Source of the DNA: Auanema rhodensis
Lineage: Eukaryota; Animalia; Nematoda
Length of the DNA stretch: 64,000 nt
NCBI GenBank assembly: GCA_964057225.1
Contig: OZ059896.1
Location: forward strand, 18,290,001-18,354,000
Direction: 5' to 3'
The stretch's first letter is position 1. Every line of letters starts with the position of its first letter. This document shows, piece by piece, positions 62,456-64,000 of this stretch. The notes beneath the pieces are model-generated. The model did not search any database. It had not been told where the DNA came from and saw only the letters and a program-made list of their open reading frames with translations. Position numbers and translations under genes: made by a program.

Positions 62456-64000
62456 TAGAAAGTCTAATAGTGTACAAATGCTAGTGATGTTAGAGAATTC
62501 ATTTGTTTATCTGTTGTTATCTCAATTTTTAATTTTTTTTCTGTTATGTTATTTGGCTGTTTTGTCAAATAAATGTATATGCCTCGCATTATGTTATCCT
62601 CTTTCTCACAAAATCCTATCGCTTTTGACCGGCACTTTCCTTTCTTTATTTCATATCTACCACCCGGCTATCTCATCCTCTATATCCATTCTTTATACGA
62701 TCATATATGGCATATTTAGATTATTGAATCAAGTTAATAACGGTTCGATATTCATTATTTTCAGTTTTTATAGTTTTCAATCAATATATAGAATAGCGAG
62801 TTCCGATACTCTTCGTTTAAGAATGCCTCTATTAAATTCAAAACTTTCTCGATACTAGATGAGAAGTGTTCGACGTGATCAAAAGTATTATAAACTAAGG
62901 AATCACAACGCTTACACCGAGACTTCTTCGGGAAAAAATCAATTTGAATCCGTTCTTATGCCTTATAAGAACAATATAAATTGCCGGTTTGGCAAAGAAT
63001 TTCAGAAAGTTGATTGTTATCTATATGGCGAATATTCTTATTTAGCTGTCTTCTTCGTATATAGCACTGCCTTCTTTGTTATGTCAATTATTTGACGACG
63101 CCGTAATCCCGTTTGTGGTTGTGGAAGACATTGCTTGAACCGTTTCTTCTAGAGATCCATATGAGGCTAACGTGGAAATGAAACTTTTATTTTAATTTTC
63201 GTTTAGTCACTATGTTTGTCGCTCCTTATTTCAATTGTTAGCAATTTCTTGTTCAATTTATGGAGAGCCTGTCAAGCAGTTGGGCGCTTTTCGTCCAAAC
63301 TTCCATCCGCTTTGAAAATTGGCTTCCTGCTAGTTCTGGCTACTTTTATAAAATTATTACTGAATAATATTATAATATTATTAGTGATGAAGTTTTACAG
63401 GTTGGAAAGTTGGTTTTGTTCTAATATGTTGTATCGAAAATGTAGTTGAGATGTTTCAGCATTTATCAGGACGTTTTATTCGGTTTCATCGTTTTAATCT
63501 TCTACGCCTAGTCTCTGGCCTGATTTCCTTTCTATGATTAGCAGCTAAATTCAATTGAGATTTAGTGTGCTTCTTGGCTTTGTCGTTAGCTATCTCTATT
63601 CCTAACCATCCATATTGAACAATGTTCCTTAATTGCTGTGAATTTTAACTTAAATTTCAAATTTAATTAATAATACAACCTATTCTAATCATTATTCACT
63701 CTAATCCGTTTTTATAATATTATGCGTAACCAATTTTGAAAAATGACCTTGTAGAAGAGGAGGATCGTTGTTGCTTTTTGTCTTCAAAATGATTAAGGAT
63801 CGTTGAGAAACATCTGGAATTATTTAATGACAGACTTTCCATTCTTCTTTCTCAACTTCATAGTTTCTGCTCTTCCCCTTTAACTATTTTTCTTTCTCTT
63901 TTTCATTTTTCTCATCCTCCTCTAATCTTTTTTTACGTTTATATTCATCATTCAAGTGCCCGTTTAGCATAGATTTAATATTATCCGACCTTAAAGACAA

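Noticed and set aside
62478-64000. ORFs at 62478-63449 and an exon-like minus-strand stretch near 63050-63330
   Set aside because: I could not build a consistent spliced model or recognise a domain, and there are in-frame stops. It may be intergenic or decayed repeat.

Overview
AT-rich, gene-dense eukaryotic DNA from a nematode (rhabditid/clade V-like: cuticle collagen, innexin, gcy-8-type receptor guanylyl cyclase, fem-1, unc-5, TTTCAG-type acceptors, and very short introns mostly ~43-50 nt). The supplied ORF track mostly shows single exons, so I spliced genes by hand and reconstructed 23 protein-coding genes. In order: innexin (3' part), MICU1, a tandem OB-fold-like protein, a small RPA3/TEN1-like protein, MED20, a sphingosine-1-phosphate-lyase-like probable pseudoenzyme, a single-pass membrane protein, TUSC2, a UGT, gcy-8-like, a PHF7/G2E3-like PHD protein, an otopetrin-like membrane protein, ATMIN/ASCIZ with a cuticle collagen nested antisense in one intron, DUF229, Phafin/PLEKHF, a stand-alone m-AAA (FtsH_ext) anchor protein, fem-1, unc-5 (apparently short-tail only), a nucleoredoxin-like protein, lipoyl-less E3BP, AIMP2 and mrps-25. 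There is also a MITE-like inverted-repeat element. The most striking signal is four short introns whose homology-required 3' ends are not AG: GG in MICU1, AT in the OB gene, TG in ATMIN and probably CG in fem-1. This points either to an AG-tolerant, length-guided mode of acceptor choice or to base-call errors. All family assignments come from recalled motifs, not from database searches.
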